Both the position numbers and the translations under genes were made by a program. The notes beneath the pieces are model-generated. The model was not told the origin of the DNA. It worked only from the letters and a program-made list of their open reading frames with translations, and ran no database searches. Shown here in pieces: positions 35,357 through 48,729 of a DNA stretch of 64,000 nucleotides. Location of the stretch: assembly GCF_006345805.1 (NCBI RefSeq), contig NC_043010.1, positions 61,752,001-61,816,000 on the forward strand, written 5' to 3'. The first letter of the stretch is position 1. Every line of letters begins with the position of its first letter. The stretch is from Octopus sinensis. Its lineage: Eukaryota.

Positions 35357-35443
35357 TGCTCTGAGGAGAGCACTTTTATTTCAAATTGATGCAATATTTA
35401 CATTGATCGATTCAGTGGAGCTGCTTGAAACAGCCGTAATGCA
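35357..35443 (+). ncRNA. Type I hammerhead-like motif with long stem II
   Basis: TGCT-CTGAGGA-GAGCA...TGCTT-GAAAC-AGCC-GTA-ATGCA; stem I needs a one-base bulge. Confidence 0.55.
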
Positions 35444-35474
35444 TTGATACCAGGACATCCTTGTTACTTATTTG

Positions 35475-35853
35475 CTACTTGTTTCAGTCATTTGACTGTG
35501 GCCATGCTGGATCACCGCCTTTAGTTGAGCAAATCGACCACAGAACTTATTCTTTGTAAGCTTAGTACTTATTTTATCAGTCTCTTATGCCGAACCGCTA
35601 AGTTACAGGGACGTAAACACACCAGCATCAGTTGTCAAGCGATGTTGGGGGGACAAACACAGACACACAAATATACATATACATATATAAGATGGGCTTC
35701 TTTCAGATTCTGTCTACCAAATCCACTCACAAGGCTTTGGTTGACTCGAGGCTATAGTAGAAGACACTGGCCCCAGGTGCCATGCAATGGGACTGAACCC
35801 AGAACCATGTGGTTCATAAGCAAGCTATTTACCACACAGCCACTCCTATGCCT
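35475..35853 (-). mobile_element. SINE family A
   Basis: Reverse complement of 271-712. Confidence 0.85.
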
Positions 35854-36320
35854 ATGTGAATTGTCTTTGGTCTGCATAAAGGAGAGAGAAATACAGGGAC
35901 CGTTGAGTACATGATCATTAAACACTGTGGTCATGTCTGGTTGACTGACCAGGAATTTAAATTACAAGTTAGACAAATGAACTGGTAGGAGTGCGACCAG
36001 CAACTAGGACTGTTTTGGTAAGTTGAAAGTAGAAAATGTGAAGTGAGACATAATAGGTGGATTAGTATTTCAATGGAGAAAGAAGTTACAGCGATCTGCC
36101 TATTTATCTGTCTAAATGTGTGTGTTTTGAAAGTAAAACAAATATTTTATTTACATTGTGACAAACTTATATGTTGGTTAAAGGGGAGGGGATGTTTATT
36201 CCACCAAATTTGACTGTCCGCTCAAGAGTTTCATTCAGCTCAACAGGCAAGGCTGGAATCTCTCATTAACCAGCCAACTTTTAATATAATAAATGTGTGT
36301 GTATATATATATGTATATAT

Positions 36321-37148
36321 AGGCGCAGGGGTGGCTGTGTGGTAAGTAGCTTGCTAACCAACCACATGGTTCCGGGTTCAGTCCCACTGTGTGGCATCTT
36401 GGACAAGTGTCTTCTGCTTTAGCCTCGGGCCGACCAAAGCCTTGTGAGTGGATTTGGTAGACGGAAACTGAAAGAAGCCTGTCGTATATATGTATATATA
36501 TATATATTTGTATGTGTGTGTCTGTGTTTGTCCCTCTAGCATTGCTTGACAACCGATGCTGGTGTGTTTACGTCCCTGTCACTTAGCGGTTCAGCAAAAG
36601 AGACCGATAGAATAAGTACTGGGCTTACAAAGAATAAGTCCCAGGGTCGATTTGCTCGACTAAAGGCGGTGCTCCAGCTTGGCCACAGTCAAATTACTGA
36701 AACGAGTAAAAGAGTATACATTTATATATATATATATTCATTTATATATATATATACATTTATATATATATATAGAATACAATGCTGGCATGGCTGTGTG
36801 GTAAGAAGCTTGCTTCTCAACCACATGGTTCTATGTTCAGTCCCACTGCATGGTATCTTTGGCAAGTGTCTTCTACTATAGCTTTGGATTGATCAAAGCT
36901 TGTGAGTGGATTTGGTAGACGGAAACTGAAAAAAGACCATCATATATATATATGTATATATTTTTGTGTGTCTGTGTCTGTCCCTCCCCCACCACCACCA
37001 TGGTTTGACAACTGATGTTGGTGTGTTTACATCCCCATAACTTAGCAGTTTGGCAGAAGTGACTGATAGAATAAGTCCAGGGGTCGATTTCTTCAACTAA
37101 AGGTGATGTTCCAGCATGGCCACAGTCAAATGACTGAAACAAAAGAAC
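36321..37148 (+). mobile_element. Two tandem SINE family A copies (36321-36715 and 36785-37148)
   Basis: Similarity to 271-712. Confidence 0.85.
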
Positions 37149-37789
37149 AACATACATGTATGTGTGTTTATATATATATATATTATATAATCTTTTCTAC
37201 ACTAGGCACAAGGCCCAAAATTTGTGGGGAGGGGGACCAGTCGATTAGATTGACCCCAGTATGCAATTGGTACTTAATTTATCGCCTCTGAAAAGATGAA
37301 GTGAAACTCTGAATAAAATTTGTGAGATTTTTTCAGCTTCAATAAAATATATTTTACTATAAAGGTGGTGAGGGTGGCAGACTCATTAGCATGCTGGGTA
37401 AAATGCTTAGCAGTATTTTATCTGTCTTTACATTCTGAGTTCAAATTCCACCTAGGTCAACTTTGCCTTTCATCCATTCGGGGTCGATAAATTTAGTACC
37501 AGTTGCGTACTGGGTTGATCTAATTGACTGGCCCCCTCCCCAAAAATTTCAGGCCTTGTGCCTGGAATAGAAAAGAATAAAATAGTATTTTACTCTACCT
37601 TTAGTGCTTGAGTACTAATTTTTTCCACCTCAATTATATGTGTGTGGGAGGGAGATGGGAATGAGTCCTTTGCACTGCTCTGAGGAAGGCAGGGCAAGAT
37701 GAATGGTTTGTTAGGACCATAGAAGCCATAAGCACAACAATGTGTTTAATGTACAGGTAGAAGCTCGTTAAGGCCTGGATACTCCTTCC

Positions 37790-38880
37790 CCTCCTGTTCA
37801 TCATAATCTTCACCTATAGGAAAGGAATTTAATGCCGGCTGCCTTTAGGAACTACTATATGCTGATTTCACTAGTTTTCAGTGGAATCTAACAGAATTAG
37901 AAAAGAAATTCCAGGCATGGAAGCAAAGGGTCTTAAAATTAACCTTGCTAAGACTAAAGTTGTGTTAAGCTAGAAAATAGATAACTCACTCTTTCCATCA
38001 GGTATATGACCCTGCTTGATATGTAGGGAAGGTGCTGGCCAGAATTCCATAGCGTATCTAGTGCAAACTATGGAAACAAGAGGTGCAGTGGAATCACAAG
38101 AGGGTTAATGGAGAATATAGAATTTGAGATGAACAAAGTTCGTTTTTAATCTAAAATATACTCTCCCCCATTTTCTACAATGCTCTTCCAACTTTCTGGT
38201 AGACTTGCAAGGCCCTTCTTCCAAAATTCACTTGTCTGTGACGAAAAATACTCCTCCAGTACTGTTCTGACCTCGTCTACAGAATTCATATTTTTCCTGT
38301 CCAAATGATTTTGAGGACTGTGGAATAAATGATAATCAGATGGGGCAATGTCTGGTGAATATGGTGGGTGGGGACATCGTTTCCCATTTAAACTGCTCCA
38401 GCCAGGCTGTATGTGGAGAAAATAGAATTTGTATAGGAAATGCATGGAAGCAATAAACGCTGAGGACACATGAGAAATCAATTTTCTTGACTGCTTCTGA
38501 GACTCCCTAGAGATAATTGATAGTTTCCCTTGTGTAGATGACCTTATTAGCAGAGGAGGAGGATGTTCTGAAAGTATAGGTGCTAAAATAAGAATAGAAT
38601 GGAGAAAGGTCCAAGAACTATTACCTCTGTTGGCAACAAAGGTCTTCCAGATAGCATGATGCTTGTGTATTTAACCAGCTTTGCTACAGCAGTGAGATGG
38701 GCCCCTGAATGCAGTGCACATGCAAAGAAGAGAGGAAGGAAGCCAGTCTGCTCTGCTGGATGGGCATGTATGGCAAAATGTAGATGTGTTGAGAAAAGAA
38801 TTAAACATAGGAATCAGATGTACGAGAGAGAAAACTGTCCTGGAAGAAGAGGGAGAAGCAGGGAGGTCCTTAAAAGCAGT
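37790..38880 (+). mobile_element. Degenerate RTE-clade LINE reverse transcriptase fragment, interrupted at 38127-38413
   Basis: Frameshifted peptides ELLYAD, ELEKKFQAWKQ, LKINLAKTKV, PCLICREGAGQNSI, KRCSGIT, GGGCSESIGAKIRIEWRKVQELLPLL. Confidence 0.8.
38127..38413 (-). mobile_element. Mariner transposase C-terminal fragment
   Basis: HPPYSPDIAPSDYHLF ... WKSIVENGGEYILD (YSPDLAPSD motif). Confidence 0.92.
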
Positions 38881-40080
38881 ATGATTATCCCCGTCCACTC
38901 TGGGTCCTACATCCAATTAGCCTATATCAAGCATTCCACCAACCTGCCCCCCCCCTACATATCTCAATTTTCCCGACAGAATTCTGTAGTTCTGTACTGT
39001 AAAGTACGGTCACCTGCCATACTTTATCCTTTCACTATTCAGATTACTCTGTCAAATGTAATCCTTATTTATTCCCATTGTTTTGGGTTAATAAGGCATT
39101 ATCTTGTAGTTTTGAGATTTTGGTGATTTGATTGTTCATTTCTAGAATGACATTGTTGGGCAGGTGCGAGAGGCTGGATATGCCCAGTTAGAACCTAAAA
39201 CAAGTAGAATATTTAGGGCCACATATGACTGGTTTATATGCTAAGGGGTTAACTAATTGTTTTAGCAGCTCATGTGGTAAAAACTAGACATGGACTCTCT
39301 GTTAATGCCCTCATTTTTCCATGACCCAAAGGGTCATCCAGGATGTGGCAGCAGAAGAGAGACAGAGACAGAGACCTGCAGCCAGTTTTTATTTACAACT
39401 AAGTACAATGGAACAATGTGAAATAAAGTGCTACCGGGCCAGGAATTGAACCCACAACATTATGACTATGAGCTAAATACCCTAACCACTCGGGTTTATA
39501 CCTCCACTGAAAACAGAATAAAGAAAAAGGCTGGTTTGAGATAAGTAGGCTACCACTACCACCATCAGCAGCAGCAGCATTTTTGCTTTTCCATGCTGGA
39601 ATGGGTTGGCTTGGTCTACTCCCTCACATTGTCTTGCCACAAATAAGCATGAATCAACAAAGTACACAAATTTCTAAAATACCACCTATTTATTGACAGT
39701 TTGCACACAGTTCAAGAGTTCAAATGCGTGTTTGCAATTGGACAAAGCATTGATGAGGAGAGGAGAAGACAAACAAAGGTAAGGAAATATTTGAACATTT
39801 TCATGCTTCTTTTATCCTGAAATCCACCATCTTCTCATCCAAGCTTGGTCAGACACAATGTATTCCATGGAGATGTAGTGATCTTCATACTGCATTTTTA
39901 TTGATCATCCTAAAAAGACAAGTCAAATATTTATTTTAAATTACAATTAGTGGTGGTCATTGGTTCCCACTGGACCAAGCCCTGGTTTACTGCATTGCTG
40001 ACCATCAAAACCACAAACAGGTGCCTGTAACTTGATGCAGTCATGTATGTATATATGTATGTGTGTGCATATATATATAT

Positions 40081-40469
40081 GGGGCCATCCGATAAATAAT
40101 GAAGTTTTTTCAATTGCATGAATTAAAAGCCAGAGGGGGATGGGATAAACTACCTGCATCAACTTGCTATGAAAGCAGGTAGTAATTTTACCTTGTACTT
40201 ATTCTTAGTGCAAGTTTTGAAGAGTGCAGTTCAATTTTAACAGTTAGTTTTTCAAAACTATATTGGAAGTGACAAAGGAGCATATTCAACATATTTTGCT
40301 TTATGAGTTCAATAAAAATAACAACGCAATAGAAAGTACGAGGAACACTAATGCAGTATATGAGGATTGGACAATAAACATAAGCTAGTGTCAACGGTTG
40401 TTCCAGAAATTCCAAGCTGGAAATTACAGCCTAGAAGATGAGCCTTGTCCTGGAAGATCTGTAGAGCTT
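40081..40469 (+). mobile_element. Mariner 5' fragment (TIR-like end plus N-terminal HTH coding remnant)
   Basis: From 40263: LEVTKEHIQHILLYEFNKNNNAIESTRNTNAVY...CQRLFQKFQAGNYSLEDEPCPGRS. Confidence 0.85.
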
Positions 40470-40551
40470 CATGGATGTGTAGTGATCTTCATACTGCATT
40501 TTTATTGATCATCCTAAAAAGACAAGTCAAATATTTATTTTAAATTGCAAT

Positions 40552-41090
40552 TGTAAGCCTAGTACTTATTCTGTCGGTCTCTTTGAGGAACCGCTAAGTT
40601 ATGGGGATGTAAACACACCAACATGGGTTGTCAAACCATGGTGGTGGTGGTGGGGGTACAAAAACAGACACACAAACATACGCGCACACATACACATGCA
40701 CACACACACACATATACAACAGGCTTCTTTCAGTTTCCTTCAACCAAATCTATTCACAAGGCTTTGGTCGGCCCGAGGCTATAGTAGAAGACACTTGCCC
40801 AAGGTGCCATACAGTGGGACTGAACCCGGAACCATGTAGTTGGTAAGCAACCACACAGACACGCCTATGATAATGTTTGTAGGTTATCTTTCATCTTTTA
40901 CTTGTTTCGGACATTTGACTGCGGCCATGCTGGAGCTCTACCTTAAAGAAGTTTTAGGTGAATGAATCAACCCCAATGATCTTTTCTTAAAACCTGGTAC
41001 TTATTCTATTGATCTCTTTTGCTGAACTGCTAGGCTACAGGGACATGAACACATACTGTGAAGCAGTGGTAGTGGGGACAAACACACACA
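40552..41090 (-). mobile_element. Two partial SINE family A copies
   Basis: Reverse-complement similarity to 271-712. Confidence 0.75.
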
Positions 41091-41167
41091 CACACACACA
41101 CATATATGCATGAATACATGTGTGTGTGTTTGTGTGTGTAGAAGATTGAAAAGTAACACATGAGTTG

Positions 41168-41297
41168 ATATGTATAAGGAAAATAGGACAAGGTAGAAAG
41201 TGCCAAAATAATTTTATCTATGAAACCAATACTAAAATGTTCTTCATGATAAAATTATTTTGACATTTTCTACCTTGTCCTATTTTCCTTATATATC
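41168..41297. repeat. Hairpin with ~53-bp arms and ~18-nt loop
   Basis: TATAAGGAAAATAGGACAAGGTAGAAA... vs ...TTTCTACCTTGTCCTATTTTCCTTATA. Confidence 0.9.
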
Positions 41298-41530
41298 ATC
41301 ATCATCATCATCATCATCACCGTTTAACGTCCGCTTTCCATGCTAGCATGGGTTGGACGGTTCAACTGGGGCCTGGGAAGTCAGGAGGCTGCACCAGGCT
41401 CCAGTCAGATCTGGCAGTGTTTCTACAGCTGGATGCCCTTCCTAACGCCAACCACTCCGTGAGTGTAGTGGATGCTTTTTATGTGCCACCGGCACGGAAG
41501 CCAGTCAAGGCGGCGCTGGCATCGGCTACG
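41296..41530 (-). mobile_element. RTE LINE 3' fragment (another on + at 41965-42217)
   Basis: (ATC)n then the reverse complement of the family 3' end. Confidence 0.8.
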
Positions 41531-42648
41531 TACAGATGTGCCACCGGCACAGGTGCCAGAGGAGGCTGGAAACATATATACATACAATGGGGTTCTCTCA
41601 GTTTCCATCTACCAAATGCGCTCACAAGGCTTTCGTTGGCCCAAGATTATAGCAGAATACAGTTGTTCAAGGTTCCATGCAGCAGGATAGAACCAGGAAC
41701 CATGGGGTTGAGGAGCAAGTTTCATACCTTGCATCCATGTTATGTATGTCCACTTCTGCATGGTTTTGTATCCCCAGTTTCACTGATGAGGTATCGGCCA
41801 ACCTCCTGACACCAGTCAAAACATATAACCTCCATTATGAATCCAGAGAAGCCACACTTCCAACTCACTTGAAACATGCTGACATCCATTACCTTAGAAT
41901 ATCTTTTACAAGGAATTTTTAAGAAATGTTGTAACACCAGCAGACAATTGGATTAAAATATTCATGCAGGTGACACATAAAAAGCACCATTTGAGTGTGG
42001 CCATTACCAGTACCGCCTGACTGGCCCTTGTGCTGGTGGCATCTAAAAGCACCCACTACACTCTCGGAGTGGTTGGCATTAGGAAGGGCATCCAGCTGTA
42101 GAAACACTGCCAGATCAGATTGGAGCCTGGTGCAGCCATCTGGTTTGCCAGACCTCAGTCGAATCGTCCAACCCATGCTAGCATGGAAAGCGGACGTTAA
42201 ACGATGATGATGATGATCAAAAAGCAGAAAAAACGGTTTGGGTGGAATGTTATCAACTGTAACCAGACTCTCCTCTTTAACTAAGAAACTTCAAAATATT
42301 GGTCAAAGTTGACCTTTTGCCCTTAGTTTTGTTGTTTCTACAATCCATAAAACTTCCTTGTCAGAAATATTTTTATGAGAAAAATACCACCATTAAAGAT
42401 GTCTAAATCATTTCGATTTTGTCAGTGTCTTCTGTTTTATTAAATGTCTCAAAATAAATTCAAACATTCTCTTTCCTTTTTATATGTTTTTCCTTTCTTT
42501 TCTCTGCTGCCATGTTTGATGTTTTCTGGGTTTATTGTCTTCTGAATGTCATTAAAATGTTCCAGAATTACAGGAAAAGTAATAAGGCCAAGTTGTAAAT
42601 GAGTTCCACCCACCATCTTCCCACAAACCAGTCATTTACTGTGAGATG

Positions 42649-43003
42649 CAGGCATGGCTGTGTGGTAAGAAGCTTGCTTCCCAATACGCATGGTTCCGGG
42701 TTCAGTCCTACTGTGTGGCACCTTGGGCAAGCGTCTTTTATTATAGCCTTGGGAGTAGACTTGGTAGAGGGAAACTGAAAGAAGCCTGTCGTATGTATGT
42801 GTCTTTGTTTGTCCCCGCCCCCCTCTACTGCTTGACAACCAGTGCTGGTGTGTCTATGTTCCCATAACTTAGCAGTTTGGCAAAAGAAACTGATAGAATA
42901 AGTGCCAACCTTGAAAAATATAAAATAGATTCATTCAACCAAAATTCCTTCAAGGCAGTGCCCCAGCATGGCCGCAGTCTAATGACTGAAACAAGTAAAA
43001 GAC
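42649..43003 (+). mobile_element. SINE family A, older copy
   Basis: Similarity to 271-712. Confidence 0.75.
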
Positions 43004-43419
43004 AAGAGACAGATTTTGTAGTGGTATTGGAATTTGCATTCCAAAGGTCACAGGATCGGTTCTTGCTGATGTCATTACAAGACTTCCCTTGTCCGATTGC
43101 CTCATCTACATTCACTCAATTTACTTCCTTCAGTTGTTGACTTCAAACTTCACTCACACTTTCTCCTTCCCTCAACCCTTCTCCCTCCTCTCTCTCTCTC
43201 TCTCTCTCACTCTCAACCACCGCCGCCGCCGCCGCCACCACCACCACCACACTGAAGACACTGGAAAATTTCCCGAGGTGATGACCAAACAGTCAAGTGC
43301 CAGCAATGACAATTAAATATGGTCAGCTGGAAATAAATTTTAATTAAGTGAAATTATAATTTGAAATAAGAAATTATTCTGGTCAAGAATAAAGACTGAA
43401 TTCAAGGGAGGTTACTCAC

Positions 43420-43580
43420 CAAATTTCAACAGATCAACAATTAAAGTGAAATATTTATGGGGTTGGGAGCAAGGCTGATATTTGGCAACAAGAGAGACAA
43501 CTTTTGACAAGTTTCAATGTTATTAGTCCTCACCAGCCTAACATGGTCTCCTTCACAGCTGCCAACATGACAACACCAAC
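43420..43580 (-). other. Candidate non-coding exon followed by a 93-bp intron (43327-43419)
   Basis: Minus strand TTTTAAG|GTTGG acceptor, TTG|GTGAGT donor, CTTAAT branch and TTATTTCCAG| next acceptor. Confidence 0.35.
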
Positions 43581-43654
43581 CTTAAAATGGCAAACACAAC
43601 AACTTTAATTAATTAAGACTATAGTCTTATACTGAGTTCATTTGAAGTCATCAC

Positions 43655-44030
43655 TCAGAAAAAAACAATGGGCAGCTTCCAGTTGACATGTTTAAGGAGA
43701 GTCCTTGAGATGAAGTGGCTGCAAAGAGTCCTAAATTGGGACAATAGGCATCAAGTGGGTCAGTGATGAAATAAGTTGCAGACACTGGAAGTGGATTGGA
43801 CATGTCCTCAGGCAATATCAAGAAGGGGATTATATGGTGGCACTGAAGTGGAGGCCTGAGGGGGGAAAGAGCGGCAGGGTGTCGTGAAAGTGTATGGCAA
43901 AGGACCATTGACAAGGGAAGGAGACGAGAAGGGTGGAGGAACCGGAATGGGACCAAAGCAGTGGCAGAAGACAGAGCTGGCTAGAGAGGTTGTGTTGTGG
44001 CCCCCATGTGCCTCGTGGCACAGAGAGAAA
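43655..44030 (+). mobile_element. RTE LINE ORF C-terminal fragment (second RTE family)
   Basis: RHWKWIGHVLRQ..ALKWRPEG.R..G....WQRTI...AVAEDRAG. Confidence 0.8.
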
Positions 44031-44206
44031 TGACTAATTGACCAATTAACTAGCTAAGTAACTTACTAGCAAAGATGAATACCGAGGTGAGATAGACATT
44101 GTTGAATAACATTTAAATTAAACAAAGACAAGAGGGCCATCGTCATCATCATCATCATCATTGTCATCCTCATCATCATCATCATCATCATCATCATCTC
44201 ATCATC

Positions 44207-45398
44207 ATCCCTCGCTACTTCATGGTTCAACTATTGCAGATTCATGACTTCGCACATTTTTAAAATATATACGAACACCTAAAATTTTTCATTAAATCCA
44301 TTAAAATATTAATAATAAACATTATTTCCAAGTCTAGAAACAAGAAAACAAGCGTAAAATAGCCAAAAAGCATATACAGAGGTATTTGAACTTAAGACAG
44401 GTTGTGATTGGTGCAATGGAGAGAGACGATGAATCACAGCTTTCTGTTTTGTAATCTGACCTGTGATTGGTGCTTTGACCAATGCTCAGATGCGCAGCAT
44501 CTTCACTTGTCTCTCTCTCACAGCCATTTTGCTTCAAGCTTTACTGTACAACTTTATGCTGTGCTGTGTGTGTGTTGTTTTTTGCTTCTCTGTGTTGGAC
44601 TTTGCGTTTTCATCCCCTACAAAGGCTCCCAAGCATGCTGTTTCTTCCAAGGCTGGAAGCGTGCTGCTTCTTCTAATGCGTTATTACACTGCCACTCCCA
44701 GCCGCTGACCAATGCAGACCTCGAAGACTTGATGAAGTTGGCCAGTGAAGAAGAAGAAGAAACACAGCAAGAAACGGAAGAAGTTGTCGACCAAAGTGGC
44801 TTGACTTTGGAACGGTTGGCCAAGCTCTGCAACCTGGTTAAAGAATTGAAAGCAGTATCACAGGAATGGGACGACGATATGGTTCGTTCTGTGCAATTTT
44901 GCAACAAGGTCGATGAAGTCCTGAATCCCTACAAGATGCTCTTTGAACGGAAAAAGAAGCAGCGGCAGCAACTTCCTATCACAACGTTTTTGCAGCCTCG
45001 CGAAAAAGAGCCAGTTCCTGCTGCTAATACTACGGCTGCACTTTCGGAAGAAAGGGACAAGGTGTCCCAGGAAAGGGCACCACTGTCAGCTTCATCATCA
45101 TCATTTCTACTGCGCAGCAAATTCATCACCAGCATTATTCAAATTTTACTTCAACTTCTTTCGTGTTGAGTACAGTAACAATCTTTATTTTCTTAAATCT
45201 AAAGTGTTATTGCTTAACAGTTGTCCTCATTATTAATAGACTACTATAATGGGTGGGTTATTAACAGTACAGGGAGGGTTTTAAAAGTCCAAATACACGT
45301 TAAATAAATACTGTAAATATGGTGTCCCTACTTCGTGGAAATTCAGTTATCGCGGCCGGTCTCAGAACCAATCTACCATGATAAACGAGGGATCACTG
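44207..45398 (+). mobile_element. Internally deleted Tigger/pogo transposon retaining the transposase C-terminal coding region (~44680-45050)
   Basis: HSQPLTNADLEDL..acidic..LTLERL..DDDMVRS..YKMLFERKKKQRQQLPITTFL; ends ATCCCTCG / CGAGGGATCACTG|TA. Confidence 0.85.
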
Positions 45399-45400
45399 TA

Positions 45401-45570
45401 ACAACATTGGCAAAATACCTTAGGAATGAGAACCCAGGTTCAAAATTTCCCCAAGACACCTGATGAAAGCTGGAGGGTATATCAGCCGAAACGTTGTGTT
45501 AACAACAAACAAGATGAGAACAAATATCTGTCAAATGTAAATAATGTAAATAGTGTAAATAATGTACATA
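45401..45570 (+). mobile_element. H1 element body with hammerhead motif at 45455-45500
   Basis: GACAC-CTGATGA-A-AGCTG..CAGCC-GAAAC-GTT-GTGTT; abuts the Tigger right end. Confidence 0.8.
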
Positions 45571-45823
45571 TTATTTATATGATATTTTATGTAGCATTAT
45601 GATTTGGGAACCTCAGCAACTAACAGCTGTTACCAATGCACAGAAACAATTGTTGTGATTTGTGATTAAAACCTGTTCGTTCTATTTTCTTATTTTATCA
45701 ATATATATATACTTTATTTTTTAAATTTTATTTTATCTAGTTTCAGCTCACGAGCTGTGGCCATGCTGGGGCACCGCCATTAAAATATTTTGTCTGGCGT
45801 GCTAACGATTCTGCCAGCTCATC

Positions 45824-45828
<5 letters not shown>

Positions 45829-45919
<91 letters not shown>

Positions 45920-45978
45920 CAGATGGATTGAGAGAGAGAGAGAGAGAGGGGGGAGACTGAGAGAGGAGAGGGAGAGAG
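45829..45978. repeat. Compound (TA)n-(GATA)n-(GA)n microsatellite
   Basis: Direct reading. Confidence 0.9.
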
Positions 45979-46276
45979 GCAGGCAGCTGGAGATTGTATA
46001 TAGATTCTTGTGAGAAATCTATTAATTCACATGTCAAGCCAACAGGAATCTATTTCTAAAGAGCAATTTCGTTCAGTTGGTCTCTTTGACAGTTCACATT
46101 CCTTGTGGGTACAATCGATGAAAAGACTAATTGAACAAAGGCCAGGAATCATAAATATTATCAATAAATAAAACATTTTTATTTGTGTGTTTTATTTATT
46201 TATTTATTTATAATAATTTTTTACACTTTCTTATAATCCATAAACACCCACGTTCTTGTTTGTGAATAATTTTGCC

Positions 46277-46680
46277 AATATAATGCCATCCTAGTAAGGC
46301 GGCGAGCTGGCAGAAACGTTAGCACGCCGGACGAAATGCTTAGTGGTATTTCGTCTGCCGCTACGTTCTGAGTTCAAATTCCGCCGAGGTCGACTTTGCC
46401 TTTCATACTTTCGAGGTCGACTAAATAAGTACCAGTTACGCACTGGGGTCGATATTATCGACTTAATCCGTTTGTCTGTCCTTGTTTGTCCTCTCTATGT
46501 TTAGCCTCTTGTCGATTGTAAAGAAATAGGTATTTCGTCTGCCACTACGTTCTGAGTTCAAATTCCGCCCAAGACGACTTTACCTTTCATCCTTTCGGGG
46601 TCAATAAATTTAGTACCAGTTGCGTACTGAGGTCGATCTAAGCGACTGGCCTCCTCGGGCCTTGTGCATAGAGTAGAAAA
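46277..46680 (+). mobile_element. SINE family B dimer, CpG-rich copy
   Basis: Same structure as 978-1412. Confidence 0.85.
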
Positions 46681-48649
46681 GTGTATAATGCCATCTCAGT
46701 CTCAGACTTCAGTTGTTTGGATAATCGGTACCGTAAAACTCTGTTACGACTCGAAACGTTTCGTGTGTGAGCGAGTGAGTGCATGTGTGTAGGCATTCTG
46801 ATCGGCAGATTGTCTACCAAAGGACAAAATGCCTGCCAGCCTTTAGTAACGTCTCTGTTTATTTATTCTGCATCCAAACCATTTTAAGATCAATACTGTA
46901 AGTACCAATCAAGCACTTTGAATCGATCTAATTGATTATACTTGGCACTCATCTGCACAATGTGGCTTCGTGTCGACGTTAGCAGGCATTGTTTTCGTTT
47001 GGTGAGGCTGCGAATTAATCGACTTTTGTTTTGTATTTCAATAAAACACATTTTATGTACACACACAATTAATGAAACACTGGCAGACACATAAGCATTA
47101 GCTTATGCACACACACACACACACAGATACAAGAACCATTGAAACACATTCACATACGCTACTTTACACGCTGTTACACATCTATACGCATACTCTCACA
47201 CTCAAATACAATGCAAAAGTTTATTTTATTCAGAAAAATACAACCAAAACCGTGGAAAAAACAACGGCAACGTATAGAATAATTGAAACACAATTAGAAT
47301 CCAAAGAATTTGCCAGGAAATGGTTTTCCTCTTTCTTTTCTCCCATTCTTCGTACGCTCCATGTTCGAGGATATTGGCAACAACGCTTTACCAAGTCCTG
47401 CCGTGTTTGTCACGTGACTTCTACCATTCCTAGAAGACGAAAATTATTGCAGTTGCCTCCCTTGGATATTGTGTAACTCTCTCGTGATTTTATTGAGAAA
47501 AAAAGCAAAGAACAAAAAAGAAGGTAAAAAAATCAAGAAAAACCTTTGAAATGAAAGAAGTCATGGGATGAGGAATTGTTTCTGGCATTTGTCTGAGAAA
47601 ATGAGAGACAATAAAAAATACAACACTTTTTGTTTGTTTTGTCCTTTATTCAGTCATCATTTCGTTTTCACCACAGAAAAAAAAGTTTATTGTTTTAAAA
47701 CATGTTTATTTATATTTAGTGAAAAGGTTAATTTACCTGTTCTTACGTGAATGGGGTTCATTTATTGAGGGGGGTACATCTCAGTTGGAGAATATAGAGA
47801 AAGAAAGAAAGGTGATCAGTTAACCGTTTCTTAGTTGACATATGAGTCGAATATAAATTAGACGGGACAGACATCAAATTCTTCGATGAAAATCACCTCT
47901 CCACAACACTCATCTTTCAACTGCGGAAAAGGGATGATAAAAATATAAGCCCTTTTGAACATGTTTCTTGCTTAAATATATTGTTTAGCCCCGGATCAGC
48001 GCTGATTGAGTAAGTGTATGATCAACAGCCTTCCATCACGAAGACAAAGAATCTACATCTAAGTTTTCCAAATGTTATTTTTTTTCCCTGCCCCTTAAAG
48101 TAGTATAGTGTAATTAAGCTACTATGTCTAGCAGCTCGAGCAAGCACGTACAAGCCTCCCTTTGGTTCGTCAGGGAGTATTATCTAAATCGCAAGCTAAT
48201 CAACAATTTTCGGAAAATCAATAATATCAATACATATTGGACAAGAAAATATATTTTAAAAAATATCGATTACATTCGATCTACAAATCCATCGATATAA
48301 TCTTTTTTTTTTTTTTTTTTACCAACAAGGATAATAATTAAATTTAGATGATAATGAACGGCAATTTGCTTTGAAGAAATAATATACCCTCTCCAACTTT
48401 TCAGGATTTCTTTCTTCTCCTGGTATTACTTCAATAATTTACGTAGTGTTTGAAATATTTCTGTCCCCCATAAAAGACAGCCAATGCAGAGATAAATGTG
48501 TACACTATGGCTCATATGTTCTATTTGCGACAACATTTTTCACTTTCATCTTCTGATAAACCCGAGAAATATATTAGTCGAGATAGAGTTCATACAATGA
48601 AAGTCGGCGGCATTAAACATGTTAACACGAAACAACGTTAAGAAATAAA

Positions 48650-48729
<80 letters not shown>

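Noticed and set aside
38599-39126. 175-aa ORF
   Set aside because: It overlaps decayed RTE sequence and a MITE, largely out of frame.
44408-45169. 253-aa host gene
   Set aside because: Only the C-terminal half is protein-like and it matches a Tigger transposase tail between TIRs; there is no DDE or CENP-B domain.
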